A stretch of DNA of 33,011 nt, from contig LT649234.1 of assembly GCA_900128395.1 (NCBI GenBank), positions 62,001 through 95,011 of the forward strand, in the 5' to 3' direction. Numbering within the stretch: the first letter of the stretch is position 1; every line of letters begins with the position of its first letter. The position numbers and the translations under genes were made by a program. Under the pieces are notes generated by a model. It saw only the letters and a program-made list of their open reading frames with translations, had not been told where the DNA came from and did no database searches. This DNA is from Stramenopiles sp. TOSAG23-2 (Eukaryota). Positions 17,973 to 27,645 of this stretch are shown piece by piece.

Positions 17973-19532
17973 ATGGCATCTATTGTAACTCGTTCGCGCT
18001 CTGGTGCTAAAAAGAAGAACAATAATACAACTATAAATGGTAGTATGATATACCAAGATACAAATACCGGCTCATTGGATGAGACCGGTTCTAGTAATTC
18101 AAATAATAGTAAAGATAAACGAAGAAAATCAAAAAGTAAAAGGAAAAAACGCAACCGCGCGGCCTTTAACGATGTGTCGAACAACCAACAGCAAGATGGA
18201 AGCAGCGGAAGCAGCTCAAGACGAGGAGGTGCGAAGAAAGCAAAAGTTTCCAGTAGCTCACGCTCGAAAAGTAAATCATCAAAATCCAGCAAAAGATCCA
18301 AATCAAAAGTAAAAAAGAAAAATGGTGGTCGAGCACAGCAGCAACAAGCACAAGTACAACCTCCACCATCGCAACGTCTAGACACGTTACCGACAGACGA
18401 TGTAATCGATTTAACTAGCGTAGAAGATTCTACTACTAATAATACGGCTACTGATAATGGTAATGCACAATTACCACCAGCACCGCCAGCACCACAAGCT
18501 ATGATTCGACATGTTACTGAAGGTATACCTCCTAGAATAACTACAACATCAACAACGAACAACAACAACATGTTGATTCGACCACGCGTTGGCCAATCAT
18601 CCTTAACTTTACCACAAAGTAAAACAATAGAACTGAACAACACCGATGCCCCACCTTTGCCACTCAAGGTCGTGAAAAGGCCTAATATAATAAATATCGA
18701 TGCAGCTCATACGAGAGATCCGCGTTATGCAACCACATATGCAAATGACATATATGCATTTCGCAAACAGCATGAATTATTGTATCGCCCACAAGGGGAT
18801 TTCTTGAAGAATTTTCAAAAAGATATAACTTCAAATATGCGAGCTATCTTAGTGGATTGGTTGGTAGAAGTTGCTGAGGAATATAACCTAAGGCAAGTGA
18901 CGCTATTCACATCTGTAAACTACATTGACCGCTGCCTTGCCCTCTTTCAAGTGACACGTCATCAATTGCAACTCTTGGGGTGCGCATGCATGTTAATTGC
19001 TTCGAAATACGAAGAAATTTATGCACCTTGCGTCGATGAGTTTGTATACATTTCTGATAATACATATTCGCATGAACAAGTATTACGCATGGAAAGCAAA
19101 GTGCTGGGTTATTTAAAATTTCGACTGACCGTATGCACCATCATGACGTTTTTACCAAGGTATTTACGCGCATCACATGCGGAAGATACACATAACAACG
19201 AGGAAGAGAAAAAACGATGCGAGCATTTAGCAAATTATTTCGCCGAGCTTGCACTTCAAGATTATGAAATGGTTCATTATCGCCAATCAACCATTGCTGC
19301 CTCTTGCGTCTCCTTGGCAAGACGTACGTTAAAACAGAATGTTGTTTGGCATAAAACGTTACAACATTACACAGGTTATGATCTCAATGACATTAAAACA
19401 TGTGAAATGCGCTTATTGAATCGCCATCAAAATATTCGTTACGACAAGCTTCAAGCAGTCCGTCGAAAAAATTCTAGCCAAGAATTTATGAAAGTTGCAT
19501 ACCTTAATCCAATTGGATCTCTTGAAAACTAA
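17973..19532 (+). CDS. CYCA: A-type cyclin
   Basis: Cyclin box DITSNMRAILVDWLVEVAEEY...VNYIDR...LQLLGCACMLIASKYEEIYAP...FVYISDNTY...QVLRME. LVEVAEEY is the A-type signature. The long low-complexity N-terminus carries a D-box-like RAAFNDVSN. Confidence 0.95.
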   Translation: MASIVTRSRSGAKKKNNNTTINGSMIYQDTNTGSLDETGSSNSNNSKDKRRKSKSKRKKRNRAAFNDVSNNQQQDGSSGSSSRRGGAKKAKVSSSSRSKSKSSKSSKRSKSKVKKKNGGRAQQQQAQVQPPPSQRLDTLPTDDVIDLTSVEDSTTNNTATDNGNAQLPPAPPAPQAMIRHVTEGIPPRITTTSTTNNNNMLIRPRVGQSSLTLPQSKTIELNNTDAPPLPLKVVKRPNIINIDAAHTRDPRYATTYANDIYAFRKQHELLYRPQGDFLKNFQKDITSNMRAILVDWLVEVAEEYNLRQVTLFTSVNYIDRCLALFQVTRHQLQLLGCACMLIASKYEEIYAPCVDEFVYISDNTYSHEQVLRMESKVLGYLKFRLTVCTIMTFLPRYLRASHAEDTHNNEEEKKRCEHLANYFAELALQDYEMVHYRQSTIAASCVSLARRTLKQNVVWHKTLQHYTGYDLNDIKTCEMRLLNRHQNIRYDKLQAVRRKNSSQEFMKVAYLNPIGSLEN

Positions 19533-19683
19533 AACATAAAAAACAAATGACTATGTAAAAAAAAATTATGTTAAGTTTATTAAAATTAATGCTTGAAAAT
19601 CGAAACGAACTTCAAGCGGAGGTGAGAAATAAAAAAGTCTATGACAAACAAAAAAAGACCAAATAGTGAAAAGAATAAAGAAC

Positions 19684-19704
19684 AGAGAGAGAGAGAGAGA
19701 GAGA
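19684..19704. repeat. (AG)n microsatellite in a convergent 3' intergenic region
   Basis: Direct read of the sequence. Confidence 0.9.
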
Positions 19705-20032
19705 AAATGATTTTGTCTTCAATTTTGATATTTCTGCACAATTATATTTGTATCCTTAGACACGTCACTTTTGAAAGGTGTGCGACAAGGCAATTATATA
19801 GTGGGAGAGAAATATACACGCTAAATCCAAAAATTAAACAATTTTGTGACTCATGAGAGAGAGATGACCCCGTACAAAATTTGAGGAATAAAAAATATAA
19901 ATAATTTAAAACAAATATTTTAAAAAAGAAATAAAATATTAAATATGATAATCCAAAAAGTTATTATACACACAGCACCACAGTTTTTTTACACATACAC
20001 GCACACATACTCTCCCCTTTTTTTTTTCATTT

Positions 20033-23000
20033 TCAATACCTCTGTTTCCTTCTTCGTCTACGATCGCTCCTAGTTCTTGGAGAATCTAATCCGCTATCCG
20101 TTTCATCATCTGTATATTTATTTCTGCGACTGCTTTTCCCCCTTCCTTTACTCCTGGATCTACTTCTATAACCACTTCCATCTTCATCATCATCAGAAAA
20201 CTTATTACGGCTTCTGCCTCTTCTATTTTTCTTTTTTTTATTATAATCATAATCATCCTCATCTTCATCGGAATATTTCTTTCTTTCCTTCTTTTTTTTC
20301 TTTCTTTCACGGCGATCTTCTTCATCTGATTCTGCATAACGATCATCATCACTTTCATCACCACGCCATGCAATCGTTCCATCTAATGCATTTTCAATGT
20401 GACTCGAGTTTCGTGGTGAACTGAAACCACCACCAGTTTGAGCTCCGGTGAATGAGAATTTCAACGGACTGGTAGATGCACCCATTGGTAACATATATGG
20501 ATTTGCACTTGCGCACATATCGCATTTACGAGAGAAATTTTTGTTGTTTGGAAACATACATACAGGACATGCCCAATTACCAGTTTGTTGAAATATGGCA
20601 CGATTATCACGAAATTCTTGCTCTGTAACATCACCCGTTTCAATTGCACTTAATTGAAGTCGAGACATCATCGACCCACCCATGTCTGATTGTAAAGTCG
20701 ATGAGAGAAATTGATCATTTCCTCTCCAAGTTGAATTCATACTTGAGCTGAAATTTCTTGTACCAACTGGAGTTGATGGGGGCATTGAGATTCCACCATA
20801 TGATCTTGGCTTTTTAACAGTAGATCCCATTATGTCACCTTTAGGATCTCTCAACCTGCTACTACCTCTGCGAGGAGATGCAAAGATATCATTGTTGCTT
20901 CCTAGTAAAACACTTCCATCTAAATTACCAGGGCGAGGGTATTTATGACCACCTCTTCTTGAATTTTGTTTATAACTGGATAGACTTGCATATAGGCGAT
21001 TGAAGCGCCTTCGCTGCCGAGGCGATGCTTGGGTATTTAACCATGTACGGACAGTTCGTGAATTCCATACCTCATCATCTTGTCCTGTTGTATTTAATAT
21101 GTTACTATCGTTTCCTGCTTCACCATGCCAAGCAGCTTTCCTACTTGATCCATCCTCATTTGCATTATTCACCCATTTCAAAAAATCTAAGTACATAAAA
21201 TCATCATTGTTGTCCATAGCCTTGAAACGATCCTCTATCGTTAACCGTTCGTCCGCAGATAATCCGAGGTTTAGATACCGTGCACCTTCTCTAAATTGTA
21301 ATTTTGTAACCCGTCCTGTTTTATTAAACTCGTCATGCTTTGCAAAAATGTCTCGTACATAGATTTCCTCCGAAGCAGCATCTTTCAATCTCTTCTTTAA
21401 ACGTTTGCACATTGCCATTGTCTCTTTATCATCTAAATGCGCAAACCTACAAAATGCTTTGTAATTGATGTATCCATCACCATTATCATCAAACCTTGCA
21501 CATACGATACGGAATTCGCGTTGCGTTATATCCAGACCAAGGCTTTCTAATGCATGTTTAAATTCATCAATGGTAATTTGACCATTACGATTGACATCTT
21601 TCCGCTCAAAAGGGGCAACCATGTCAAGAGTTTTCAAACCACCGCGAACTCGGGCTAGTTCTCTAACTCGTTCACGTATAACAGTTTCGATATCTGATAA
21701 ATCGCTATCCTTCGGAGAAGCAAATTTCACGAAGGCTTTGTAATCAATCCTCCCAGCTCGCTTGCTGTCAAATTTATCCATCAACGATCGTAACTCCCTT
21801 TCAGTTAAATTACACGAAGTACGGTTCAAAGCATTGCGAAACTCTCTGCGACTTATTACGCCATCCCCATTCGTATCCATGGAGCGGAAGATTTCTTGAA
21901 ACGATATTGCTTTGTCTACTGCAATATCTAAAAATCTTTTTCGTAATTTAACAGCTAAAACCTCTAAGTCTTTCTTTCCATATTGATATCGTTTTGCAAA
22001 ATGTTCATAATCAATCTTTCCATGGCCATGCTTATCAACCCGTTTTAGCAATGCTTTGTATTGACTATCAGAAAAGGTTAAATCGAATGCTTCTTTCAAT
22101 GTTTTACGAAATTCTTTTGTCGATATGTAGCCATCTCCATTCAAATCAAAACGGGCAAATTCTTCCTCTAATACCAAGGGTTTACCATCTTTATTTGACG
22201 AATGTATCGCATCTTTAATTTTATTTTCGATTTCATCAATTGCAATATCTTTTTTATTTTCTTGAATAAAATCTACTAATTCCTCATAATCAACTCTGCC
22301 ATCATGTTTACCATCTCTATCTAAGTATCTAACTAATGCATTCGCTTCTCTACGACTCATGGAGAGACCCAATGCAACCGATGTACTGCGAAGCTCATCT
22401 GCAGTCAATAATTTATCCCCATTCTTATCGAAAACTTGAAACATTTTCATCACATCTATACCTGATTCTTTAGAGCGTACGATGACTCTACGCAATTTTT
22501 CACGTATTTGAGATCCACTCAACGATCTTGCACTCACATCATCTTCATCTGTATCATCGTCCGCATGAAGATCTTGATAATCTTTGAATGCAGATATGAG
22601 AAACAGATGATAATTGACCAAACTTTTATTTTTCCCTCTCACAAAATTTTTCTGAACTTTCGATAAAACGCTCTTGCTAAAATCAATGCCAACGGAATTT
22701 ATAACTTTATGAAAGCCATTTTTTGAAATGACATTCTTTTTAATTTTTTTCGAGCCTCTTTTCTTTTGTTCCTTCTTTGAAGCTCTTTCAAAAATTTCAT
22801 ATAAATCTATACCATAGCGGCCTTCTCTTTTCTTTGCCCTCCTCACTTTATGGCGTATCATCTTCCAAAATTTACCATCGTTCGATTTCTTCTTCCTCTT
22901 ACTTTTTAATTTCTTCCTTTTAATTTTTTTTGGTTTATGTTCAAAAATTTCATCATCAGATAATGGGCTACTACTGTACGTAGTAGATCTATCGGATGAA

Positions 23001-25966
23001 TCACTGCTTGTATAACCACCCACCGAAGAATCCACATCACTATCAGTGAATGCATATGCATCCTTCTTTTTCCTATTTTTCTTCTTTTTTTTTGTCGTCT
23101 TCTTACGTGGGGAATATCCATCATCGGAAGAACCAGAATAGTATGCATCGCCACCAACACCAGCCTCTGCCTCCGGATCACTATCGCTACTTGCAGAGTC
23201 ACTTCCGGATTGGTAATTATCAGTTTCCTTTCCTTTCATAACTTTAACGAACTGGGATTGCGTAACACTGCCTTTTTTCTTAGAATCAAGCTGGTTGAAT
23301 AAAGCTTGTATCATCGCGTCAGGAATATCTTTCGTTAGTTTTAGCAAGCCAATTCCATTTTCAAATTCATCAATTTCAATATACCCATTTCTGCTTACAT
23401 CAAAAAATTTAAAACAGGCTTTTACGCTGTAATCTTTATCCCTTTGCATTAAATGCTTTTCGACTTGTAATGCAATTAGATGGAACATTCGATTCACTCG
23501 ACGGGAATCTGACCTTGTCTTTCCAACTTTCATCTTGTTTCGCTTTAATGTCTTCGGGGCTTCAAATTCCGCTCCAATACCTTCTTTAAAATCTTCGAAA
23601 GATATTTCATTTGCAAATTTATTTTTTTTATCATGTTTTGGATCAAAATGATCACATATCAATTCCATTTCTTCATCGCCAATTAAATCTCGCACTTGGC
23701 TATCATCCAATAATTTTTCAAACGCGTAATCTAATTGAACGCGTTGCATTTCCGAATGATCAATGTCAGACGCATGGGATGCAGCACCGCCGATGAATGC
23801 AAGTTTATCAAATGCCTTTTGCCAATTCTTGCGTTTCTTACTTTTGCTACCACCCAGTGCTATCGTTTCTAGTTTATCATATAGATGGTTATATATGTCC
23901 TGTATTATTTCTCGGTCGTACTCGGCAATATTTCCATATACAAACTTCATGAAACTTGCTTTCGATATAACACCACTGCCATCTGGATCAAATCTGTTCT
24001 TAAATTTTTCCATTTCAGCTTTTGATACCGCGACTTTCATCTCTTTCAATAACGATTTAAATGCAATTGCATTGATAACTCCTGTTTTTTTCCTATCGTA
24101 TTTATCAAATACACTTTGTAAACCTTTTTTAGAACGTCGTGCGAAACCTTGTATTTTACGTCGTACTTTTTTAGCCATCGCATCAATTTCTTCATCGCCA
24201 TGTTGAACAAATACAAAGAAATCTTTAAGTGTAATACTCTTCGTTCCTTTTAAATCTATTTTCTTGAACAAAATATCAAATTCTTTTTGTTCCAATAAAA
24301 TCCCTTCATCCTCCAGCACATGTCGAAATTCTTTCAATGACAAAGCTCCTTTCTTCTTTGTATCGTGCCTTTTGAAACCTTTCTCTAAATCAATTTTTCC
24401 AACACCTTCCATACAATGTTCTCTTAAAACTGTTCGGACATGATCTATGATTTGTTGATTCATATCATGGGCATTTCCAGCATTTGCCAGGTCGTTTTTA
24501 TCCACATCGGTTTCATATGATCGTTTCCTATACCAAAGATACACATCCTTAGCGAAGAACAACCCGCCTTTATTAACCATTCCAGGACATCGTTTATAAC
24601 CATGAAATGGTGGAGAGTGGATGGGATCAAGAGGATTTTTTATTTTCCCCATCGTAACTGCTACATTCAAAAGTGGAAACGAATCGTTTACATTTTTTCG
24701 AACCCATAAATAAATATCGCTACCGGCAAGCAAACTATTCCCATGATTTAAGGATTGCGGAATACAATGGAATCCTTGACTTACTAACACACTATCGCGT
24801 TTGTTACCTGAGATAGTAATATCTGTAATACGATCACGTTTAAAATCTTCCTTCGTGGTATATTGATCCGCACGTTTTTTTAAAAACCATAAGCTAACTT
24901 TTTTTGCTATTTGACTACTGCCATTTAAATCAGCATTTAGACGACGGTATCCAAGGTGAATAAAATTTTCTTCTTGTTGTACCGCTTTCGAACTATTCCC
25001 CACTGTGAATTGAATATCAACAATTGGGGCCTCGTCATCAAAATCACTTTGAGCAAGTAAATCATGCATTGATGTACTAATAAACTTCCTAAGCTCCTTT
25101 GAACTTACACTTCCATTGCCATCTTTGTCAAGAAATTGAAAAATTTCTCTTAATTCACCTTCACTTAATTCTACAAATAAATTTTGCTCAATGTATCTTC
25201 CTAAGACTGCTCTTGACATGCCTTCATTGTTTGCTTCTTTACCAATCACCATCCTTAAAAAATTTTCATTTTCAGACTTATTTCCTTTTTTTTTAATTTC
25301 AGACCGTAACTTGTAAATAATTCGTGTTATCTCTTCATTTGAATATGACATGGCCGATACAAATTCATCCCAATCAATGGAACCATCATTATTAGAATCC
25401 AATATATCGCATAAATGCTTGATGTCACTTTCGGACAAGCGTTCACCTTCACCAGGGCGCAATTTGGAATTCAATACCATTTGTAAATGCTTGCCAAATT
25501 TTTTGGTAGGTATACTTAATTGACCACTTTTTGTTTTAGTAATATGACCTCCACTGATAGAAGAAAAATTCTTGTATAATGCAGTTGAAAATGGTTCTTG
25601 ATGCCCAGCATGATTTTCATGCAATTCTTCCCGCAATACAGTACGGAATTTTGCAAGCATCTCTTCATCATGTGTATATGCTTTTCTTAAGTCTTTACGC
25701 TTTTTCGTTTTGCTTTTTTTTCTATTTTTTTTGGACCTTCTATTTTCCCTGGAATCATCACTATCTGAGGACGACCAATCTTCCTCTTCACTATCTGATT
25801 CTTCTTCCTCGCTACTTGTATCATTTTTCATTTCTTTTTTACTTTCCTTATCTTCCTTTTTTGAATTTTTTTTGTTATTCTTTTTTGAAGATGTTATCTT
25901 TGTCTTTTTCAAACTACTTTTTGTATTTTTAGACTTTGATGTAGGACTTTTTTCTTCATCCGACAT
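20033..25966 (-). CDS. Giant multi-EF-hand protein (EFCAB6-like arrays) with a MABP beta-prism domain and a C-terminal RanBP2-type zinc finger
   Basis: The first ATG is at 25966 (MSDEEK..., A at -3); the track start at 26008 is a TTG. Length 1977 aa. Many canonical EF loops (DSNNDGSIDWDE, DKDGNGSVSSKE, DLNGDGYISTKE, DTNGDGVISRRE, DDNGDGYINYKA). Three PIxDI...GY...LNxG...YLW repeats form the MABP domain at about 24525-25031. WACPVCMFPNNKNFSRKCDMC is at about 20510-20575. Confidence 0.92.
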   Translation of the reverse strand: MSDEEKSPTSKSKNTKSSLKKTKITSSKKNNKKNSKKEDKESKKEMKNDTSSEEEESDSEEEDWSSSDSDDSRENRRSKKNRKKSKTKKRKDLRKAYTHDEEMLAKFRTVLREELHENHAGHQEPFSTALYKNFSSISGGHITKTKSGQLSIPTKKFGKHLQMVLNSKLRPGEGERLSESDIKHLCDILDSNNDGSIDWDEFVSAMSYSNEEITRIIYKLRSEIKKKGNKSENENFLRMVIGKEANNEGMSRAVLGRYIEQNLFVELSEGELREIFQFLDKDGNGSVSSKELRKFISTSMHDLLAQSDFDDEAPIVDIQFTVGNSSKAVQQEENFIHLGYRRLNADLNGSSQIAKKVSLWFLKKRADQYTTKEDFKRDRITDITISGNKRDSVLVSQGFHCIPQSLNHGNSLLAGSDIYLWVRKNVNDSFPLLNVAVTMGKIKNPLDPIHSPPFHGYKRCPGMVNKGGLFFAKDVYLWYRKRSYETDVDKNDLANAGNAHDMNQQIIDHVRTVLREHCMEGVGKIDLEKGFKRHDTKKKGALSLKEFRHVLEDEGILLEQKEFDILFKKIDLKGTKSITLKDFFVFVQHGDEEIDAMAKKVRRKIQGFARRSKKGLQSVFDKYDRKKTGVINAIAFKSLLKEMKVAVSKAEMEKFKNRFDPDGSGVISKASFMKFVYGNIAEYDREIIQDIYNHLYDKLETIALGGSKSKKRKNWQKAFDKLAFIGGAASHASDIDHSEMQRVQLDYAFEKLLDDSQVRDLIGDEEMELICDHFDPKHDKKNKFANEISFEDFKEGIGAEFEAPKTLKRNKMKVGKTRSDSRRVNRMFHLIALQVEKHLMQRDKDYSVKACFKFFDVSRNGYIEIDEFENGIGLLKLTKDIPDAMIQALFNQLDSKKKGSVTQSQFVKVMKGKETDNYQSGSDSASSDSDPEAEAGVGGDAYYSGSSDDGYSPRKKTTKKKKKNRKKKDAYAFTDSDVDSSVGGYTSSDSSDRSTTYSSSPLSDDEIFEHKPKKIKRKKLKSKRKKKSNDGKFWKMIRHKVRRAKKREGRYGIDLYEIFERASKKEQKKRGSKKIKKNVISKNGFHKVINSVGIDFSKSVLSKVQKNFVRGKNKSLVNYHLFLISAFKDYQDLHADDDTDEDDVSARSLSGSQIREKLRRVIVRSKESGIDVMKMFQVFDKNGDKLLTADELRSTSVALGLSMSRREANALVRYLDRDGKHDGRVDYEELVDFIQENKKDIAIDEIENKIKDAIHSSNKDGKPLVLEEEFARFDLNGDGYISTKEFRKTLKEAFDLTFSDSQYKALLKRVDKHGHGKIDYEHFAKRYQYGKKDLEVLAVKLRKRFLDIAVDKAISFQEIFRSMDTNGDGVISRREFRNALNRTSCNLTERELRSLMDKFDSKRAGRIDYKAFVKFASPKDSDLSDIETVIRERVRELARVRGGLKTLDMVAPFERKDVNRNGQITIDEFKHALESLGLDITQREFRIVCARFDDNGDGYINYKAFCRFAHLDDKETMAMCKRLKKRLKDAASEEIYVRDIFAKHDEFNKTGRVTKLQFREGARYLNLGLSADERLTIEDRFKAMDNNDDFMYLDFLKWVNNANEDGSSRKAAWHGEAGNDSNILNTTGQDDEVWNSRTVRTWLNTQASPRQRRRFNRLYASLSSYKQNSRRGGHKYPRPGNLDGSVLLGSNNDIFASPRRGSSRLRDPKGDIMGSTVKKPRSYGGISMPPSTPVGTRNFSSSMNSTWRGNDQFLSSTLQSDMGGSMMSRLQLSAIETGDVTEQEFRDNRAIFQQTGNWACPVCMFPNNKNFSRKCDMCASANPYMLPMGASTSPLKFSFTGAQTGGGFSSPRNSSHIENALDGTIAWRGDESDDDRYAESDEEDRRERKKKKKERKKYSDEDEDDYDYNKKKKNRRGRSRNKFSDDDEDGSGYRSRSRSKGRGKSSRRNKYTDDETDSGLDSPRTRSDRRRRRKQRY

Positions 25967-26358
25967 ATTTTTGTGTAACTTGTTTTTGATCTTTTTTTTT
26001 TTTTCCAAATATTTCCTCCTCTTCTTATATATATCTATATATCTATATGTTGTATTTATATTACGTTATATAAAACTATCATATATCTTGGGCACACGAT
26101 TCTCTTGACTTGTAATATAATATACAACATACACGTATTTTCTTGTATCTATTACCCTGAGAGTACTTTCTGTTCTGTTTTTATTTATTCATTTTTTTTC
26201 ATCAAAAACAGTTGGAGTTGCAGCTAACTGCCAAATGTGCAAATTAACGGAAATCGTATAAAATAGGAAGATTAGTATACAAATATATATACTTAATATA
26301 AAAAAAGTTGACGGAAATTTTTTTCAGAAATTTTTCCTTGCCGGGCTTGCGTAAGATT

Positions 26359-26393
26359 GCATGCCTAAGGCATGCCCAGCATGCTGGGCATGC
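26359..26393. promoter_or_regulatory. Overlapping palindromes built from four GCATGC units in a divergent intergenic region
   Basis: GCATGC at 26359, 26370, 26379 and 26388. A 24-bp perfect palindrome GCATGCCCAGCATGCTGGGCATGC spans 26370-26393, and GCATGCCT-A-AGGCATGC spans 26359-26375. Confidence 0.55.
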
Positions 26394-26698
26394 TAAAAGT
26401 GGAATGCTTTCCAGCTGTCGTCCCCTGTGCTGTGTGCGTTGTGGATTTTTGAGGCATGATGCATTCTTTTTGAGGGAACACATAACTGTATTTTGAAAGG
26501 TTTTCAATAATTATATATTACATTATAAACAAAAAGTATATATATAAAGATATATACTTTAGTATTTGATTTATTTGCAACAACCACCACCATTTGTTAT
26601 AATATATACACACAGATCATATTTGTAATAAAGACATATAGAGTAGTTTTTTTAAAAAAAGAGAAGGTAACATTGTTATTTGATTTATTTTTCAAAAT

Positions 26699-27199
26699 AT
26701 GCAAATTGTTAGTGATGGTCAAAATTTAAATAATAAGTTAACGAAAAGACCTTCAGTAAGACAATCAAGATTATTTAGAGAAAGAGAGTCAGGAAATACG
26801 ATGAAAAATTTATTAGGGCAATCCCATTTAAATTGGGATGTTACAAGAACACAAGGTGCATGGGATAATCCAGTATTTGATCACAATAAACCACATGGTT
26901 ATGATGAACAGCAACAAAATAATAATAATCGTGGACAAAATTATCCAATTGCAAGACAAAATATTAATAAAAATAATAATAATATAAAGGCAAAAAAAAC
27001 GAAAATAATAAGAGTAGGAAAAAGAAACAACAATATCAATACATACACGAATAACAATACAAACAATACTAATATCAAACAGCCTCAACAATCACAACAT
27101 CAACCACAAATAGTTAAGCTAAACCGTAAAATAGAATATGAAGTGAATTCACAAAGATCGAAATCACATCAATCATTATTAGAAACAAGGCCATGGTAA
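26699..27199 (+). CDS. Hypothetical protein, 166 aa, with an ordered-looking N-terminal motif and an Asn/Gln-rich tail
   Basis: ATG with A at -3 in an A-rich context; fits the divergent-pair gene layout. N-terminal segment RPSVRQSRLFRERESGNTMKNLLGQSHLNWD; ends TRPW. Confidence 0.7.
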   Translation: MQIVSDGQNLNNKLTKRPSVRQSRLFRERESGNTMKNLLGQSHLNWDVTRTQGAWDNPVFDHNKPHGYDEQQQNNNNRGQNYPIARQNINKNNNNIKAKKTKIIRVGKRNNNINTYTNNNTNNTNIKQPQQSQHQPQIVKLNRKIEYEVNSQRSKSHQSLLETRPW

Positions 27200-27645
27200 A
27201 TAATTGGAAGAAAAAAAAATATGATATGTGCAATGTTATTATCGAAACAGGAAAAGAGCGAGAGAGATGATATAAAATATTTACGCGAAAGTAGTGTCGC
27301 GTGCATATAATATTTGTGCACATTTCTCTTTCTTGCTTCTCGCCTTATAATAAATAAAATAAAAAAAACATTAAATATTTGAAAAACTATATGTATAATA
27401 TACGAGTACGACGTATAATATACGACGTATGATATTACCTGGTATAATATTTTATTTTTTTTTTTTAAAAAAACTTTATAAAACAACTAAATCTAGAAAT
27501 AATTATTTATTATGCATACGAGTATATGATTAAAGCCTCTCTCTATATACAGTGCACACAAAACAAAAAATAAGGATTTAAAGAGATTACGAAATCAAAA
27601 TCACACACCGATACATACGAGGATAAAAAACCATGCCTCGCATGA

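Noticed and set aside
25967-26008. N-terminal extension of the EF-hand gene given in the ORF track
   Set aside because: Begins at TTG. The first ATG at 25966 has the A(-3) context shared by all other genes.
26368-26395. Match to the p53 half-site consensus RRRCATGYYY
   Set aside because: A by-product of the GCATGC palindromes; there is no evidence of a p53-family factor in this organism.
26244-26507. Small ORFs spanning the GCATGC palindrome
   Set aside because: Non-ATG starts, and the translation merely reflects the palindrome.
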